Below, one piece after another: positions 53,886 through 63,894 of a DNA stretch of 64,000 bases. The notes beneath the pieces are model-generated. The model was not told the DNA's origin. It saw only the letters and a list, made by a program, of their open reading frames with translations, and ran no database searches. Origin of the DNA: Solirubrobacteraceae bacterium. Lineage in GTDB: Bacteria; Actinomycetota; Thermoleophilia; Solirubrobacterales; Solirubrobacteraceae. The stretch's first letter is position 1. Every line of letters begins with the position of its first letter. The translations under genes were made by a program, and so were the position numbers. The stretch is from assembly GCA_036264175.1 (NCBI GenBank), contig DATARK010000050.1:2105-66104 (forward strand), read 5' to 3'.

Positions 53886-54095
53886 CGAGCGAATCCTACG
53901 ATGCGAGGTGCTGACGGCGCTCAGCGCGCGCGCAGCGCGCAGGCCAGCCCGAGCATCAGCAGCGGCACCGCTGCCGGCGGGTAGGCCGTGAGGCTCGCGA
54001 CGAGCGCCAGCAGCGCGCAGCCGGCCGCCGCGCGCTGGAACGGGTTGCTTGTGATCCGCATGCCGATGTATCGGCCGCCGACGCTGACTCCCTAA

Positions 54096-54134
54096 GTCAC
54101 AGATCTTCAACACCTCGATGACATCTGGGCAACT
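54096..54134 (+). promoter_or_regulatory. Four degenerate hexamers at 11-bp spacing (PHO-box-like)
   Basis: GTCACA 54096, TCAACA 54107, ATGACA 54118, GCAACT 54129, upstream of a phosphoesterase. Confidence 0.45.
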
Positions 54135-54218
54135 CGCGGACGCGATCGCGCGGGAAAGGTGTCTGCACGGCGCCCGCAACGACAGCGCTGGGCCGACAAT
54201 CGATCAAGGAGAAGACGA

Positions 54219-56195
54219 ATGCGACGTAAGCGCTCCGTGTCCGCTCTGCTGGCCGCCTTGGCCGTGTCAGGAGGGGGCATCATCGCGGCACAGCCGGCAA
54301 CGGCAGGGCCGCCAAGCCGCCTTCCCGCGGCCCATGCTCTCGCGTCGACGACAGAACCGCCGACGACGACGCCGATCAAGCACGTCGTCGTGATCTTCCA
54401 GGAGAACGTCTCGTTTGATCACTACTTCGGCACCTACCCGCACGCGGCCAACAGCGACGGTCAGTCCTTCAAAGCCGCGAAGGGCACGCCGGCGGTCGAC
54501 GGGCTGACGCCGGCGACCGACCCGTCGCTTCCGCCCGCCCTGCAGCACAGCACGAACCTGCTGTTCAGCAACGCCAACGCGTCACAGCCGCAGCGACTGG
54601 ACAGCAGCGCGACCGGCCTGCCAGGCAATGCCGGTGGCCAGCTGACCTGCGATCAGGATCACAACTACTCCGACGAGCAGCAGTCCTTCGACGGCGGCGC
54701 GATGGACCGCTTCGTGCAGAGCGTCGGAACGGCGAGCGGCAACACGCCGTTCGGCGCGCCGTGCAACGCCAACACGGTGATGGACTACTACGACGGCAAC
54801 ACGGTGCCGGCGCTGTGGAACTACGCCCAGCACTACGCGATGAGCGACAACTCGTTCGGCACCACGTTCGGGCCGTCGGCTCCGGGCGCGCTCAACCTCG
54901 CGGCCGGCGACACCGGCGAAGTCGACACGGCGCATCTCGCCAACAGCCCCTCGATCGCCACCTCGACGTCGCCCGACGCCGACCTGACGGCCGACGGCAA
55001 CGGCGGCTACTCGCTGACCAGCGACGCGCAGCCCTACTGGGACGACTGCTCGACACGCGACGCCGTGGCGATGAAGGGCACGAACATCGGCGATGAGCTC
55101 AACGCGGCGGGCCTCTCGTGGGGCTGGTTCGAGGGTGGCTTTCGGCCGAGCACCAGCTACAGCGAAGCGCTTGCGGCGACGGGCAAAACCGGTCAGCCCA
55201 CGAGCACGTTCACGCCGGATGAGTTCTCCTCGTACTTCGCAAACGCCACCAACCGACCCGCACACTCGAGCAACCAGAACCTCTGCAGCGCCGTGCACCC
55301 CGTCGGCGTCGCGCTGGGTGGGACGGGCCAGTGGGGCTTCAAGGACGACTACATTCCCCACCACGAGCCGTTTGAGTACTACGCCTCGACGGCCAATCCT
55401 CATCACCTCGGCGTGCCCAGCTCAGGCGGCCAGGACACGCTCGCCGGTCTGCAGGAGATCGGCAAGGACACGCAGGCCTATGTCGGCGGCGTGCCGCAGT
55501 TCAACACGCCCAACCACAACTACGACACGAGTGACTTCAGCCAGCTCGTCGAAGCGATCAACCGGCGCGAACTTCCGGCGCAGGCGTTGCCGGCAGTGAG
55601 CTTTCTCAAGGCGCCCGGCTACGAGGACGGCCACGCGGCCTACTCCGAGCCGGCCGACGAGCAGCAGTTCATCACGACGCAGATCAACGCGCTGATGCGC
55701 TCGCCCGACTGGAAGAACACGGTCGTGATGGTCAACTACGACGACTCCGACGGCTGGTATGACCACGTCTACAGCGGCGTCACCAACCCGTCGCTGTCGC
55801 CGGCCGACAACCTGACCAACACGAAGCTGAACGTGGCCAGCGAAGGCACGTCCGGACAGTGCGGCGGCAACCCGCAGGGAAGCGGCGAAACGCCGACGCC
55901 GCTGGGCGGCGAGCAGGGGCGCTGCGGCTTCGGACCGCGCCTGCCGATGATGGTGATCTCACCGTATGCGAAGAAGAACGCCGTCGACCACAACCTCTCC
56001 GACCAGGCCTCGGCGATCAACTTCGTCGAGCACAACTGGAGCCTGCCGGGCATCGCCGGCTCGGCCGATCAGGTGCTCGCCGGCAAGGACGCCAGCGAGG
56101 GCGTGCCGTTCGATCTCGCGGGCATGTTCGACTTCGAAGGCAAGAAGGACGGCAAGCTGTTCCTGAACCTGACCACGGGGCAGAGGCAGAAGTAA
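54219..56195 (+). CDS. Secreted phospholipase C/acid phosphatase (phosphoesterase family)
   Basis: SD AAGGAG; IKHVVVIFQENVSFDHYFG, MSDN.F, YDDSDGWYDH, GPRLP...ISP. Confidence 0.9.
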   Translation: MRRKRSVSALLAALAVSGGGIIAAQPATAGPPSRLPAAHALASTTEPPTTTPIKHVVVIFQENVSFDHYFGTYPHAANSDGQSFKAAKGTPAVDGLTPATDPSLPPALQHSTNLLFSNANASQPQRLDSSATGLPGNAGGQLTCDQDHNYSDEQQSFDGGAMDRFVQSVGTASGNTPFGAPCNANTVMDYYDGNTVPALWNYAQHYAMSDNSFGTTFGPSAPGALNLAAGDTGEVDTAHLANSPSIATSTSPDADLTADGNGGYSLTSDAQPYWDDCSTRDAVAMKGTNIGDELNAAGLSWGWFEGGFRPSTSYSEALAATGKTGQPTSTFTPDEFSSYFANATNRPAHSSNQNLCSAVHPVGVALGGTGQWGFKDDYIPHHEPFEYYASTANPHHLGVPSSGGQDTLAGLQEIGKDTQAYVGGVPQFNTPNHNYDTSDFSQLVEAINRRELPAQALPAVSFLKAPGYEDGHAAYSEPADEQQFITTQINALMRSPDWKNTVVMVNYDDSDGWYDHVYSGVTNPSLSPADNLTNTKLNVASEGTSGQCGGNPQGSGETPTPLGGEQGRCGFGPRLPMMVISPYAKKNAVDHNLSDQASAINFVEHNWSLPGIAGSADQVLAGKDASEGVPFDLAGMFDFEGKKDGKLFLNLTTGQRQK

Positions 56196-56273
56196 CCACA
56201 GACGGGGGTGCGACGCGGCCGGCCCAAGGCCCGCGGCTCGATTGCGAGTCGCGGGCCTGGCGCCGCGAAGAGC

Positions 56274-56918
56274 TCAGACGGTGCGCGGCTCGGGGCGCAG
56301 CCGCTCGAAGGCGCGCACATCGCCTTGGTAGTCGAGTCCTCGACTGCGGGCGGTGGGCAGGTCAAGCGCGCCCGTCAGCAGCCCGAGCACGAGCGGCGGG
56401 GTGCCCGCGATGGTCGCGTCGGCGCTGTCGCTATCGCCCGGAGTGCACGTCACTGCGCCGTCTCGAGCGCGCACGATCATCGGCTCATCGCCGGTCAGCA
56501 GTCGCAGCGTGATCGGCCCGGCGTCCGGTTCGCGGTCGGTCAAGGACAGCTCTGCGGGCCAGGCCGTCCAGCGGCTGCGGAACTCGTCGGCCGGCGCGGG
56601 CCCCTCTGTCATGTAGGGCAGACCCCAACGCTGGAGCGCTTGCAGCACGGGACGCAGCTCGGCGCCTCGCTCGGTGAGGTCAAAGAGCGTCGTTGCGATC
56701 GGCGGCGGGGCCTCTTCGCGCGAGACGATGCCCGCCTTCTCGAGCTGGCGCAGCCGCTCGGCGAGCAGGTTCGTGGCGATCGCAGGCAGCCCGTTGCGCA
56801 GGTCGGTGTAGCGGCAAGCGCCACGCAGCAGCAGCTCGCGCACGATCAGCAGCGTCCAGCGGTCGCCGATCACGTCGAGGCCCTTGGCCACCGCGCAGTA
56901 CTGGTTGTACGAGCGCAT
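56274..56918 (-). CDS. HxlR-family winged-helix regulator with SCP2-like C-terminus
   Basis: Y.QYC..A..LD.IGDRWTLLIVRELL. Confidence 0.88.
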   Translation of the reverse strand: MRSYNQYCAVAKGLDVIGDRWTLLIVRELLLRGACRYTDLRNGLPAIATNLLAERLRQLEKAGIVSREEAPPPIATTLFDLTERGAELRPVLQALQRWGLPYMTEGPAPADEFRSRWTAWPAELSLTDREPDAGPITLRLLTGDEPMIVRARDGAVTCTPGDSDSADATIAGTPPLVLGLLTGALDLPTARSRGLDYQGDVRAFERLRPEPRTV

Positions 56919-56961
56919 GAGACAAGTCTAGCACCGGCTTAGTAGAAAAAAAAGTCCAGGC

Positions 56962-56978
56962 ACTTGAAAATCTCAAGT
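56962..56978. promoter_or_regulatory. Palindromic operator ACTTGA-N5-TCAAGT between the divergent HxlR and MFS genes
   Basis: Perfect 6-bp arms in an AT-rich spacer covering the -35 region of the MFS promoter. Confidence 0.7.
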
Positions 56979-56999
56979 ATTCGCGTTAGTGTCGCGCCC

Positions 57000-58541
57000 A
57001 TGAACAAGAGACCGCTGATACTCGTTTCGCTTCTTCTCGCAGCCTTCGCAGTCAACCTCGACACCACGATCGTCAACGTTGCGCTGCCGACGCTGGTGCG
57101 TGAGCTGCATGCCTCCAACAGCGATCTGCAATGGGTCGTCGACGCCTACAACCTCGTGTTCGCGTCGCTGATCCTCACGGCCGGCAGCCTGTCAGACCGC
57201 GTCGGGCGCAAGGGCATGCTGATCGCCGGCCTCGGCGTGTTCGGCGCCGCGAGCGTCGCCGGCGCCCTGACCGAAAGCGCGGGTGCGTTGATCGCCGCCC
57301 GCGCGGTGATGGGGCTGGGCGCCGCGATGGTGTTTCCGGCGACGCTGTCGGTCATCTCCAACGTGTTCACCGAGCGCTCCGACCGTGCCCGGGCGATCGG
57401 GCTGTGGGGCGCTACGGCGGGGATCGCGATCGCGCTGGGGCCGATCTTCGGAGGCTGGCTGCTCGGCAGCTACTCCTGGTCGAGCATCTTCTACGCGATG
57501 GCGCCGGTCGCGCTGCTCGGTGCGCTGCTCGTCGCGCGCTACGTGCCAAGCTCACGCGACCCGCAGGCGCCGCCGCTGGACCTGCGCGGCTTTGCGCTCT
57601 CGACAGCCGGCATGGCCGCCCTGGTGTTCACGATCATCCAGGCGCCGGAATACGGCTGGGGGAGCACGCGCACGGTGGGCGGGTTCGTGCTGGCGACTGC
57701 GCTGCTCGTCGGCTTCATCGTCTCGCAGCTTCGCTCGCGCACGCCGATGCTCGACATCGGTCTGTTCGGCAACCCGAGGTTCTCGACGGCAAGCGCGGCC
57801 GTCACCGTGTCGTTCTTCACGCTGCTCGGCTTCATCTTCGTGATGACGCAGTACTTCCAGTTCATCAAGCGCTATGACGCGCTCTCGGCCGGCGTGCACC
57901 TGCTGCCGGTCGCGCTGAGCGTCGGTGGCGCATCGGTTCTGGGCACCAAGCTGGCCGTGCGCTTCGGCACCAAGCTCGTGGTCGCGACGGGGCTGGTGAT
58001 GGTCACGGCCTTCTACATCTGGGTCTCGGCGATCGTCTCGCCGGACACGTCCTACGCGATCATCGCGATCCAGATGGTGCTCTACGGAACGGGCATGGGC
58101 CTGACGAGCGCGCCGGCGACCGAGGCGATCATGGGAGCCGTGTCGCGGACCAAGGCCGGTGTCGGCTCGGCCGTCAACGACGCGACGCGTCTGCTCGGCG
58201 GAACGCTCGGCGTGGCCGTGATCGGCAGTGTCTACGCGACGATCTACTCGGGCCACCTCGACTCGACGCTGCCCGGGGGACTTCCGCGCTCTGTCAGCGA
58301 GCTGGCCCACTCTTCGGTCGGAGGCGCGCTCGGCGCCGCCGAGCAGCTTGCCCGGGCAGGCCATCCGGCGCTGGCGGGCGGGCTGCAGCACGCCGCTTCA
58401 GACGCGTTCATCAAGGGGTTGAGCGCAGGCTGCCTGGTCGCCGCCGGGGTGGCCGCCGCGGGCGCTCTGATGGCGGTCATACTGCTGCCGGCGCAGCCGG
58501 CGGAAATGCCGGCGTTGGCGGTGGCGGGCGACGCCGGGTAG
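57000..58541 (+). CDS. DHA2 (14-TM) MFS efflux transporter
   Basis: LDTTIVNVALP, LQWVVDAY, GSLSDRVGRK. Confidence 0.92.
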   Translation: MNKRPLILVSLLLAAFAVNLDTTIVNVALPTLVRELHASNSDLQWVVDAYNLVFASLILTAGSLSDRVGRKGMLIAGLGVFGAASVAGALTESAGALIAARAVMGLGAAMVFPATLSVISNVFTERSDRARAIGLWGATAGIAIALGPIFGGWLLGSYSWSSIFYAMAPVALLGALLVARYVPSSRDPQAPPLDLRGFALSTAGMAALVFTIIQAPEYGWGSTRTVGGFVLATALLVGFIVSQLRSRTPMLDIGLFGNPRFSTASAAVTVSFFTLLGFIFVMTQYFQFIKRYDALSAGVHLLPVALSVGGASVLGTKLAVRFGTKLVVATGLVMVTAFYIWVSAIVSPDTSYAIIAIQMVLYGTGMGLTSAPATEAIMGAVSRTKAGVGSAVNDATRLLGGTLGVAVIGSVYATIYSGHLDSTLPGGLPRSVSELAHSSVGGALGAAEQLARAGHPALAGGLQHAASDAFIKGLSAGCLVAAGVAAAGALMAVILLPAQPAEMPALAVAGDAG

Positions 58542-58650
58542 GGCGCGACGGGGACGACCGTGGCGGCGGCCCAAGGCACCGGCCGTGGCGATGTGCCGGG
58601 CCTGTCGCAGAATGCTCAAGCCCGCGACGGGCAGCGCCGATCCGAGACGG

Positions 58651-60762
58651 ATGCCCGCAGTCCCCGCTTCCCATACCCAGGATCCGCTCGCTTCTGAGCA
58701 GCATCTGTGCTGCACGATGAGCTGCGTGCTCGTGCGCCTCGTGCGCAAGCAAGGGGGAGAGGCGGCGGTCGCGGAGCTGATCGCGCGGGCGGCATCACCG
58801 ACACACGACGTCGCGTTTCTGGAAAACATCGAGAACTGGATCTCGCTCGACGAGGCGTGCGCGCTGCTGGCGGCGGGCGCCGAGATCACAGGCGAGGAGA
58901 ACTTCGCCCGCCAGGTGGGGGCGCAGATGCTCTACCAGCATGCCGGCACGCAGGTGGCCACGCTGATGCGCTCACTCGGATCGCCGGAGGCGATCTTCAA
59001 GGCGGTCGCGCAGGCGTCGTCGAAGGTCAGCACGGTCACCGTGATGACGGCGATCGAGGCGGCTCCGGGGGAGGCCGTGGTCAGTGCCGAAGCGCGTGAG
59101 GGTTTCACGCGCCGGCGCCTGCACTGCGATTGGACGACCGGACTGCTCAGTGGACCGCCGGTGCTGTTCGGGCTGCCCTCCGCGCGCGTGGAGGAGAGTG
59201 AATGTCAGGCCCGCGGAGACGCACGCTGTCTGTACACGGTCACCTGGGACGCCGAGCAGGCCGCGGCGGAGCCGGGCGAGCGCATCACGGCGCTGGAGGC
59301 GCAGCTGGTGGCGATGTCCGAGCGGCTGCAGAGCGCCTACGCGACGGCCGGCGACCTGATCTCCACCGAGGATCTTGATGCTGTCCTGCACAGAATCGTC
59401 GAGCGCGCCGCCGATGCGGTGCGCGCGCCGGGCTACATCCTGGCCGTGCAGACGGGCGCCGACGCCGAGCTGCAGGTCTATGCCCACGGCATCGGCTGGC
59501 CCGAGGCCCAGGCGCTCGCCAGGGCCACGATCGACCACCAGCCCGCGGTGGATGGGTCGATGCTGATCGTGTCGGTCAGCTCCAGCCGTCGCGACTACGG
59601 CAAGCTGATCGCGCGATATCCCGGCGCGATCGAGTTCTCGCCCCAGGAACACGAGATCCTCAGCCTGTATGCCCGCCATGCCGCTGCCGTGCTCGACATG
59701 GCGACGGCGCTTGACGAGTCCGCGCGGCGCCACGATCAGGTCAGCTCGCTGCTCGCGCTGTCGCGCGCGCTGGCGCAGGCGGGAACGAGCGAGGAGGTGG
59801 CCGAGCGCCTCGCCGTCGCTGTCCCGGAGGTCGTCGACTGCGATGGCATGGCCGTGTGGCTATGGGAGGACGAGCATGAGCGCCTGCGGTCGCTCGCATC
59901 GTGGGCTCGACGCCCCGATCAGGCGGCGCGCCTGCGCGGGTTGACGGTCACACAAGACGACACGCCGCATCTGGCGCGAATGATCGGCGAGCTGGGTCCG
60001 CAGTTCTTCACAGCCGATACCGACGATCGCTTTCTCGGCGCGTTGATGGCAGAGCTCGAGCTCGCGGCGCTGGCGGTCGTTCCGATCGTCGCGCGCGACG
60101 TGTTCCGCGGAGCCCTGACGGTCTCCGTCTCCTCCAAGCCCGACAGGCTGCGGTCCGACAGTGAGCTCTTGCAACGCCTCACGGGGGTCGCCGCGCTCGC
60201 GGCGCCGGCGATGGAAAACGGTCGGCTGGTCGACAAGCTGCACCACCGAGCGAGCCATGACGGTCTCACCGGACTGCTCAACCGCGTGGGCTTTCGCGAG
60301 CACATCGATGGCGTCATGGCCAGGGCAGAAGGTGGCGGCGGGCAGGTCGGCCTGCTGTTCATCGACCTCAACGACTTCAAGCGCATCAACGACACCTATC
60401 ACCACGATGCCGGCGACGAGTTGATTCGCCAAGCGGCCGAGCGCCTGAGCTCGATCGCTCGCGCAGAGGACCAGGTGGCGCGTCTCGGCGGCGACGAGTT
60501 CGCGATCGTCCTCAGCGACGTCCATGAGGACGCTCAGGTGCGCGCCGCCGAGGAGCGCGTGCGCGCCGCCTTCCGCGAGCCGTTCGAGCTGGGCGAGGCG
60601 TCGGTCGCGTTGGGAGCGAGTGTCGGAGGAGGGGTGTGGCCGGCGGACGGTCGCACGACGACCGAGCTCGTCAGATACGCCGATGCTGCGATGTACAGAG
60701 ACAAGGCTCGTGCGCGACGAGTGCGCGCGCGCCGCGACGAGCACGCGGCCCAGCGCGTCTAG
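58651..60762 (+). CDS. Diguanylate cyclase with V4R/HNOB-like sensor and two GAF domains
   Basis: ECQARGDARCLY; HDGLTGLLNR, IDLNDFKRIND, RAED I-site, GGDEF; start uncertain. Confidence 0.88.
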   Translation: MPAVPASHTQDPLASEQHLCCTMSCVLVRLVRKQGGEAAVAELIARAASPTHDVAFLENIENWISLDEACALLAAGAEITGEENFARQVGAQMLYQHAGTQVATLMRSLGSPEAIFKAVAQASSKVSTVTVMTAIEAAPGEAVVSAEAREGFTRRRLHCDWTTGLLSGPPVLFGLPSARVEESECQARGDARCLYTVTWDAEQAAAEPGERITALEAQLVAMSERLQSAYATAGDLISTEDLDAVLHRIVERAADAVRAPGYILAVQTGADAELQVYAHGIGWPEAQALARATIDHQPAVDGSMLIVSVSSSRRDYGKLIARYPGAIEFSPQEHEILSLYARHAAAVLDMATALDESARRHDQVSSLLALSRALAQAGTSEEVAERLAVAVPEVVDCDGMAVWLWEDEHERLRSLASWARRPDQAARLRGLTVTQDDTPHLARMIGELGPQFFTADTDDRFLGALMAELELAALAVVPIVARDVFRGALTVSVSSKPDRLRSDSELLQRLTGVAALAAPAMENGRLVDKLHHRASHDGLTGLLNRVGFREHIDGVMARAEGGGGQVGLLFIDLNDFKRINDTYHHDAGDELIRQAAERLSSIARAEDQVARLGGDEFAIVLSDVHEDAQVRAAEERVRAAFREPFELGEASVALGASVGGGVWPADGRTTTELVRYADAAMYRDKARARRVRARRDEHAAQRV

Positions 60763-61346
60763 CGCCCGTAGGGGTCCTTCGGCGAGCGATCCTCCGAGAG
60801 CGACTCGCGCGATCGCGCGGTGAGCTGCTCGATCGCGTCGGCCAGATGCACGGGCGCGATGTTGTACTCGTCTCGCTGCACGCGGATTCTGTGGGCGGCC
60901 AGGAGCACGTCGGCATGCGTCAGGCCGGCCGGCGGCTCGAAGCGATAGGAGGCGAGCTCGATCAGCAGCCCGAGCGGGTCCTCGAAGTAGATGGAGTCCA
61001 TGAACCCTCGGTCCTTGACGCCGCTGTGCTCGATCGCGCGCTCGTCCAGGCGCTCGACCGTCTGGGCGAACGTCGCTTGGGAGAGCGCGAACGCGAGATG
61101 GTGCACGCAGCCTGGATCGGTCGGCGTGCGCGCGGGGTCCGCGCGGCGCTCCTCGTTGGTGAAGACGGTGATCAGGCGTCCGTCGCCCGGGTCGAAGTAG
61201 AGGTGGCTCTCGGCGGCGTTGTCGAGGTTGGGCTGCTCGAAGACGAACGGCATTCCCAGCACGCCCTCCCAGAAGTCGATCGAGGTCTGCCGGTCGGCTC
61301 CCACGAGCGTGATGTGGTGAACGCCTTGGCTCTGCATCTTGCGCAT
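60759..61346 (-). CDS. VOC/glyoxalase family protein
   Basis: GVHHITL, HHLAF, SIYFEDP.G..IEL. Confidence 0.88.
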   Translation of the reverse strand: MRKMQSQGVHHITLVGADRQTSIDFWEGVLGMPFVFEQPNLDNAAESHLYFDPGDGRLITVFTNEERRADPARTPTDPGCVHHLAFALSQATFAQTVERLDERAIEHSGVKDRGFMDSIYFEDPLGLLIELASYRFEPPAGLTHADVLLAAHRIRVQRDEYNIAPVHLADAIEQLTARSRESLSEDRSPKDPYGR

Positions 61347-61422
61347 CGGCTGATGGTCCTTTCGCGTGGGCGGTGCGACCTAGCCTAGGCGGACGATGCG
61401 CTCGTCGTAGGCTTCGTCGGGC

Positions 61423-62274
61423 ATGCGCCTGATCAGCATCGACTCGCAAGCTGGGCCGGCTGCTGCTGTGCTTCTCGGCGACGAGGTGGTGCTCGCCGGG
61501 GCCGTCGGCGCGCCCGCCGGCATGCGCGAGCTGCTGGCCACGCTCGACGGGGACGGGCTGCGGGCGCTGGCCGAGCGCGCGCAGGCCTCGACCGCGGCGC
61601 GCATGGCGCTCGCCGATTGCTCGCTGGTCGCACCGGTGCCCGACGCCGAGAAGATCATCTGCATCGGTCTGAACTACCGCGACCACGCCGAAGAGTCCGG
61701 CCAGGAGATTCCCCAGGCGCCGATGTGGTTTGCCAAGTTTCAGAACTCGCTGTGCGGCAGTGGCGCGGACATCGTGCTGCCGGCAGCGCACGCGGAGTAC
61801 GTCGACTACGAGGCCGAGCTCGCGCTCGTGATCGGTCGCCGGGCGCGGAACGTCACCGAGGCTGACGCGCTCGCACACATCGCCGGCGTGATGCCGTTCA
61901 ACGACGTCAGCGCGCGCGACCTGCAGCTGCAGAACCAGCTGTGGACCAGCGGCAAGGCGATCGACACGTTCGCTCCGTGCGGGCCGGCGATCGTGACGCT
62001 CGACGAGATCGACGATCTCGAAAGCCTGACGCTGCGAACGCGCATCGACGGCGAGACCGTTCAGCAAGGCACGACCGCGAGCCTGATCTTCGGACCGGCC
62101 GAGCTGGTCGCGTGGCTGTCGCGGACGATCACGCTCGTACCGGGCGACATCATCGCCACGGGCACGCCCGCCGGAGTCGGCGCGCCGCAGGGCAGGTTCC
62201 TGCGCGACGGCAACGTCGTGGAGGTGGAGATCGACGGCGTCGGCACGCTGAGCAATCGTGTGCGCGGCGAATGA
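61423..62274 (+). CDS. Fumarylacetoacetate hydrolase family protein
   Basis: IGLNYRDH..E, DYEAEL, NDVSARD, PGDIIATGTP.GVG. Confidence 0.92.
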   Translation: MRLISIDSQAGPAAAVLLGDEVVLAGAVGAPAGMRELLATLDGDGLRALAERAQASTAARMALADCSLVAPVPDAEKIICIGLNYRDHAEESGQEIPQAPMWFAKFQNSLCGSGADIVLPAAHAEYVDYEAELALVIGRRARNVTEADALAHIAGVMPFNDVSARDLQLQNQLWTSGKAIDTFAPCGPAIVTLDEIDDLESLTLRTRIDGETVQQGTTASLIFGPAELVAWLSRTITLVPGDIIATGTPAGVGAPQGRFLRDGNVVEVEIDGVGTLSNRVRGE

Positions 62275-62400
62275 GCGCCTGACGCCTGGCACGCGCTCTC
62301 CGCGTTTGAGCTCTGCGCCCGCGGGTATGCACCGAGCGTCGGGGCGAGCCGGTCTCCGATGAAGCGCCGAGACCAATCCTTTGGACGAGAGCGGGGCAAG

Positions 62401-63762
62401 ATGAACGCGGCAAGCGCTGCAGGAGACGCAATGTCAGATGCCGGTGGCCGACGCCTCGGCTGGGGCGCCTGCCTCTTCGCCCTTCTCCTGCTGGTTGCGT
62501 GCGCACTGGGCGCGCCCGCGGCGCGAGCGGCGCTGACCCCCGACCAGGACCCGTTCTACAAATACGAAGGCGCGACGCACCTGAACCGGATCACGCCAGG
62601 AACGGTCCTCAAGACGCGCAGCGTTCAGCTGCACGTCGGCGGAATCGGAGTGCCGATCACGGCCGTTCAGCTTCTGTACCGCTCGATCTCCGAGCTGCAC
62701 AGGCCGACCGTCAACGTGACCTCGGTGCTGCTGCCACCGGTGAAACTGAGCACGTCGGTGCTGTCCTACCAGTCCTTCTACGACAGTCTCAGCACCGCAG
62801 ACGACCCGTCCTACGCGATCACCACCGGCGGCTTCCCGGGAGCCGAAATCGCCCAGGTCGAGTCGGTGCTGATCGCACCGGCGCTGCTCGCGGGTGAGAC
62901 CGTCGTGGTCCCCGACACCGAGGGGGAGGAAGCGGTCTTCTCCGCCGGCCCGGTGTACGGCTACAACACGCTCGACTCGCTGCGCGCGGCGCTCAGCTCG
63001 TCGGCGACGGGCCTCACGAGCACCGCCAAGATCGGTCTGGCCGGCTACTCCGGCGGCGCGATCGCGACGGAGTGGGCCGCGCAGGAGGCGCCCACGTACG
63101 CGCCGGAGATCAACTCGAACATCGTCGGTGCGGCGATGGGCGGCGTGCTGGTCGAGCCGGCGCACAACCTGAAATACGTCGAAGGCAGCGGCAGCTGGGC
63201 ATCGATCATTCCGATGTCGCTGGTCGGGCTCTCGCGCGCATTCCACCTCGACCTGACGCCGTACCTCAGCGAATACGGCAAGGAACTTCTCGCCAAGGAC
63301 CAGAACGCCTCGATCACCACCGAGCAGAAAGTCCCCGGCCTCACCTGGTCGCAGCTGGCCAAGCCGGAATTCCCGACGCCCGAAACGATTCCCGTGTTCG
63401 TGCGAACCGCCAACAAGCTGATCGTGGGTCGCAAGGAAACACCGACCGTGCCGCTGCTCATCGGGCAGGGCAATGGTGGCGAAGAATTCGAAGAAACGCC
63501 CGGCAACAAGCCGGGGATCGGCCCCGGCGACGGCGTGATGATCGCCGGCGACGTGCGCAGTCTCGCTCGCGAATGGTGCAGCCGCGGCGTCGCGGTGCAC
63601 TTCACCGAATACCAGCACCTCGGACACATCGAGGGCGCGGCTCCGTGGATCGGTGAAGCGGCGGGCTGGCTGGCCGAACGCTTCGCCGGTCTCGCGGCGC
63701 CGCAGAACTGCGCGGAAATCGCGCCTGGCAACTCGCTGAAGCCGATCAAAATCGCCAAGTAG
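62401..63762 (+). CDS. Secretory lipase (LIP family)
   Basis: Signal peptide; DPFY, QLLYRS, SYQSFYDSL, GYSGG nucleophile; start uncertain. Confidence 0.85.
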   Translation: MNAASAAGDAMSDAGGRRLGWGACLFALLLLVACALGAPAARAALTPDQDPFYKYEGATHLNRITPGTVLKTRSVQLHVGGIGVPITAVQLLYRSISELHRPTVNVTSVLLPPVKLSTSVLSYQSFYDSLSTADDPSYAITTGGFPGAEIAQVESVLIAPALLAGETVVVPDTEGEEAVFSAGPVYGYNTLDSLRAALSSSATGLTSTAKIGLAGYSGGAIATEWAAQEAPTYAPEINSNIVGAAMGGVLVEPAHNLKYVEGSGSWASIIPMSLVGLSRAFHLDLTPYLSEYGKELLAKDQNASITTEQKVPGLTWSQLAKPEFPTPETIPVFVRTANKLIVGRKETPTVPLLIGQGNGGEEFEETPGNKPGIGPGDGVMIAGDVRSLAREWCSRGVAVHFTEYQHLGHIEGAAPWIGEAAGWLAERFAGLAAPQNCAEIAPGNSLKPIKIAK

Positions 63763-63811
63763 CGCTAGAGGCCTTCCTGCGCCTCTCCATTACCAATTTA
63801 TACCCGACAGG

Positions 63812-63830
63812 GGGGCTTGATTCAAGCCCC
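63812..63830. promoter_or_regulatory. Rifamycin-associated element (RAE)-like 19-bp palindrome
   Basis: GGGGCTTG-ATT-CAAGCCCC about 60 bp upstream of a FAD monooxygenase start. Confidence 0.72.
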
Positions 63831-63894
63831 CGGGTGTGCCGCATACTCCTCCGTCGCAGGTGAACCTACGAGACGCGGGAGTTACTGAATGCAT

